Shown in pieces: positions 60,620 to 64,000 of a DNA stretch of 64,000 nt; positions within the stretch are counted from its first letter, which is position 1, and every line of letters begins with the position of its first letter. The DNA comes from Candidatus Poribacteria bacterium. GTDB lineage: Bacteria > Poribacteria > WGA-4E > WGA-3G. Location: contig CAXXUA010000005.1 of NCBI GenBank assembly GCA_963663765.2, forward strand, positions 736,001-800,000, in the 5' to 3' direction. A model generated the notes under the pieces. That model was not told where the DNA came from. It saw only the letters and a program-made list of their open reading frames with translations, and made no database searches. The translations under genes and the position numbers were made by a program.

Positions 60620-61274
60620 CCTATTTTCCATCACACTCGTATTATTCGTTTGTTTGTCCATGATCTTTCTGTTCAGTTGTTCTCCGCAAGAAGAAAAGGA
60701 AGCGGATACCGCTACTGATCAAACTGATACCACAGCTGAATCCGATACTGAACAAACAGTCATTACAGAAGCACCTGAAACTGAGGAAACTGAATCCGAA
60801 GCCACACCTCAGATAGAAGCTGCTAACGCAATCGCAGTCATTGAAACAGACAAAGGCAACATTGAGTTTGAGTTCTTTGCAACAGACGCACCGAACGCAT
60901 CAAAGAACTTTATCAAGAACGCAAGCATGGGATATTATAAAACTTCTTCCTTTCATACTGTGGAAGATCTTCATGTACAAGCGGGTTCTGATTTTATTGA
61001 TGAAACACTTCCATTTGAAAAAAGCGAACAAGCACTTGAAAAAGGCATTGTCGTACAAGTGGCGAACGAAGATGGGGGAAGTGTCTCAGACGGTGAAGAA
61101 TTTCTAATCTGTAAAGATGTCGTTGAACTTGATGATGACTATACTGTCCTTGGAAAAGTTATCAGCGGATTAGAGATATTAGACAGTATTGAAAAAGATG
61201 ATAAGATTGTGAACATCACAATACGTGAACGTGAAACAGAGAACGAAACAGAGAGCGATGAAGAAAGTAAGTAA
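60597..61274 (+). CDS. Degenerate cyclophilin-like acidic lipoprotein
   Basis: IETDKGNI..APNASKNF..YTVLGKVISG framework, with catalytic motifs altered. Confidence 0.7.
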   Translation: MLRQQRTNLFSITLVLFVCLSMIFLFSCSPQEEKEADTATDQTDTTAESDTEQTVITEAPETEETESEATPQIEAANAIAVIETDKGNIEFEFFATDAPNASKNFIKNASMGYYKTSSFHTVEDLHVQAGSDFIDETLPFEKSEQALEKGIVVQVANEDGGSVSDGEEFLICKDVVELDDDYTVLGKVISGLEILDSIEKDDKIVNITIRERETENETESDEESK

Positions 61275-61334
61275 TTAATGAGACGGTCAAGTATCTATTG
61301 ACCGTCCACTCTTGAATACTGAAAGGAAAATCGA

Positions 61335-61703
61335 ATGGCGTTAACAGTTATACGGACGGCACGACCAAGTCCCGTTTGGCAAGAGAGTTATGTACGCGTA
61401 GAAAAAGGGCAACGTATCATTATTGATGCTGATGGTGCATGGTCGCCAGACTTGCAAAATCGAACGGGTTGGTGTGGTGCTGATGGTGTACCGAAAACAC
61501 CCGGCGGTGGCAACTATCTCCTTCCCGGAACTAATATCGGTGCCTTAATCGCAAAAATTGGAAGTGCCGTTTTCGCTGTCGGGTCACGTTATGATAATCC
61601 TGCCCCCGCAGATGGTGTTATTTTCCTCGCCATGAATGAAAACCCGAACAATAACAACCAAGCGGGAAGTCTGCTTGCACAAATTATCGTCTTAGACGAA
61701 TAA
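61335..61703 (+). CDS. LecA/PA-IL-like lectin
   Basis: 122 aa; G.W, G.DG, GALIAKIG, LAMNE..NN.GS pattern parallels PA-IL. Confidence 0.6.
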   Translation: MALTVIRTARPSPVWQESYVRVEKGQRIIIDADGAWSPDLQNRTGWCGADGVPKTPGGGNYLLPGTNIGALIAKIGSAVFAVGSRYDNPAPADGVIFLAMNENPNNNNQAGSLLAQIIVLDE

Positions 61704-61790
61704 TTATACTCTTGAAACACACAAAATAATATCTATAAACAAACTGAAGTATCATTCATCGGAACCCTTGCGTCAAATCAGGAGAGATAC

Positions 61791-62183
61791 ATGGAAGAAA
61801 ATACAAATGAGGAAGAAATCCAACTCCCACCGGTTGATTTTATAACTTTTGTTACTGACCTAATCACTACCGCGCATCTCTATCTTCAGGGATTTCGGAA
61901 CCCAGAAACTGAAGAAGTGATTGTCAATCTTGAATATGCAAAACGAATGATTGATACCTTAGAGATGCTTGAACAAAAAACAAAAGGAAACTTGTCCGCC
62001 CCGGAAACCAATTTTTTAACTAACTCTCTTTACGAACTTAGAATGGGATATGTTCGTGTTGTCAATAGCCAGAAAAATGCTTTTGATCAGGATACATCAA
62101 CTGACAAGGAAGCAGCGCAAGAAGACAGAACTCCTCCTGAAGCAGAAGAAACACTAAACGAAGAAGTAAACAGTAATACCTGA
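61791..62183 (+). CDS. DUF1844 family protein
   Basis: DFITFV..AKRMIDTLEMLEQKTKGNL..LYELRMGYV. Confidence 0.8.
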   Translation: MEENTNEEEIQLPPVDFITFVTDLITTAHLYLQGFRNPETEEVIVNLEYAKRMIDTLEMLEQKTKGNLSAPETNFLTNSLYELRMGYVRVVNSQKNAFDQDTSTDKEAAQEDRTPPEAEETLNEEVNSNT

Positions 62184-62252
62184 TTATAGGTTCTGTCAGG
62201 TTATGGACAACTATTTTTGAGTTTGACATAGGCGGAGTCGCAGCGGAGGATA

Positions 62253-63266
62253 ATGAATTATCAACGCAAGATTATCATAGCCTTCAGTTTGTTGTTTGGT
62301 CTCATTATCATTGGTACTGTTGGATATTCCATACTTGAAAAGAACAATCCTGATTGGAATTTATTTGTTTCAGTTTGGATGACCGTTATTACATTAACGA
62401 CTACTGGGTATGATGCCATGGGGATGGGTTATCCTAGCCGCGCCTTCACCCTATTTCTACTTATCGGTGGTTTTGGGATGTTTGCATATTGTGTTACAAT
62501 CGCGACTGCTTTTCTCGTTGAGGGACAATTACAGAGTTTTTTTAAACATAGAAAAATGCTACGAACTGTTGTTAAATTATCCAATCACTATATAATCTGC
62601 GGACTCGGTGATACCGGGGTGCATGTTCTTGATGAAATGCTTGAGCATGAAGTTAATTTTGTTGGTATTGAAATGGATGAGGAACGTTTAGAGCACCTCG
62701 CTGAAACGCGTAATTTTCTATATATACACGGGGATGCGACAGACGACGACATCCTCATCCGTTCAGGTGTGGAACGTGCGAAAGGACTTGTTACATGTCT
62801 TAGTCGTGACCAGGATAATCTGTTTGTAGTTATTTCTGCCAAAAACCTGAATCCCACATTACGTATTGTCTCCAAGGCAGTGGAATACAATTCTCCCGAC
62901 AAACTGATGACCGCTGGAGCAGATGAAGTCGTCTTACCCGATCATATCGGTGGTATCCGACTAGCATCAGGTATCCTTGAACCGCATCTAATTGATTTCA
63001 TCACCAAAATGCAGGAAAGTCGACAAATCACAAGATTTGCTGAATCTATTGTCCAGGCCGATTCAAAACTTGATGGGGTTTCTCTTCGGGATTCACATAT
63101 TCTCGAAGAAACGGGTTTAGTGGTTATCGCACTGCGCAGTAAAGATGGAACATATATATACAATCCATCGGGAGATTGGAAAATTGAAGCAGGAGACGGT
63201 CTCTTTATTATCGCCGACCCAAAACAATTGCAAACTCTTAACAAATTAACTGGCGACCCACACTAA
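62253..63266 (+). CDS. 2-TM potassium-channel-like protein with RCK (TrkA-N/C) domains
   Basis: Pore helix TVITLTTTGY; IICGLGDTG; GDATDD; C-terminal TrkA-C. Confidence 0.88.
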   Translation: MNYQRKIIIAFSLLFGLIIIGTVGYSILEKNNPDWNLFVSVWMTVITLTTTGYDAMGMGYPSRAFTLFLLIGGFGMFAYCVTIATAFLVEGQLQSFFKHRKMLRTVVKLSNHYIICGLGDTGVHVLDEMLEHEVNFVGIEMDEERLEHLAETRNFLYIHGDATDDDILIRSGVERAKGLVTCLSRDQDNLFVVISAKNLNPTLRIVSKAVEYNSPDKLMTAGADEVVLPDHIGGIRLASGILEPHLIDFITKMQESRQITRFAESIVQADSKLDGVSLRDSHILEETGLVVIALRSKDGTYIYNPSGDWKIEAGDGLFIIADPKQLQTLNKLTGDPH

Positions 63267-63302
63267 CATGATCTTGCATCTAAGATAAAGAAGGAAATCT
63301 GT

Positions 63303-64000
63303 ATGCTCGCAACTGTCCTCAGCAGTGCTGTACTGGGAATTGATGCTTATATTGTCAAAGTAGAAGTAGATGTCTCGGACGGTCTACCCGCATTTAACAC
63401 TGTTGGTTTACCAGACAGTGCTATTAAAGAGAGCAAAGATCGAGTTACAGCAGCAATAAAAAATTCTGACTTTTACTTCCCACCGAGTCGTATTACTGCT
63501 AACTTAGCACCTGCGGATATCCGTAAAACTGGTTCCGCATTTGACCTCCCCATCGCTATCGGTGTTATGGCTGCTACGAATCAAATAGATTTTACCAATC
63601 TTGAAAATACGATGATCCTGGGTGAACTCGCACTTGATGGTACTATCCGGAGCATACAAGGTGGCCTGCCAATTGCAATTGCAGCAAAAAAACACGGTGT
63701 GGAAAACCTTATTCTCCCAGCAGAAAATGCTAAGGAAGCAGCAATCGTTGACGCGTTGAGAGTATTCCCCGTTAAATCTCTATCGGATGCAGTCGCCTTC
63801 CTGAATTCTGCAAAAGAAATTGATCCCGAAACACATACACTCAGCACAGACCTAGAAACAGAGGAGACTCAACCCTATGTCGATTTAATTGATGTCAAAG
63901 GACAAGAGCATGTAAAACGTGCTGTTGAAGTTGCAGCAGCGGGAGGACATAACCTGATAATGATTGGTCCGCCCGGTTCCGGTAAAACGATGATCGCAAA
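63303..64000 (+). CDS. comM: YifB/ComM Mg-chelatase-like AAA+ ATPase (runs off window end)
   Basis: [58 protein letters not shown]. Confidence 0.92.
   Translation, partial: MLATVLSSAVLGIDAYIVKVEVDVSDGLPAFNTVGLPDSAIKESKDRVTAAIKNSDFYFPPSRITANLAPADIRKTGSAFDLPIAIGVMAATNQIDFTNLENTMILGELALDGTIRSIQGGLPIAIAAKKHGVENLILPAENAKEAAIVDALRVFPVKSLSDAVAFLNSAKEIDPETHTLSTDLETEETQPYVDLIDVKGQEHVKRAVEVAAAGGHNLIMIGPPGSGKTMIA

Overview
Bacterial chromosomal window with AT-rich intergenic DNA, most consistent with Candidatus Poribacteria (sponge symbiont). This is inferred from tandem secreted WD40 proteins and a LamG protein with a C-terminal VDPQDKLTTTWANIK motif. Housekeeping content: acs, moeA, an 11-subunit nuo operon lacking nuoEFG, MFS and MATE transporters, cyclophilins, a K+-channel-like protein and ComM. 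Mobile content is dense: two frameshift-type IS5-like copies, an IS4/IS701-like element, an IS701 element with its non-autonomous MITEs (one truncates nuoI), and an IS607 element with a pro-Fanzor-type TnpB whose ORF is overprinted along almost all of tnpA. Intergenic DNA carries at least 7 REP-like palindrome families inside MITE shells of several IS families, some expanded into tandem arrays. Top leads: (1) the dual-frame IS607/pro-Fanzor element with a reconstructable empty site, TAM and guide; (2) a 36-bp hairpin micro-element that inserts inside REP palindromes without target duplication, always on the same strand; (3) a probable selenocysteine sulfurtransferase hidden by an in-frame TGA. 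All calls are by-eye; no database searches were run.
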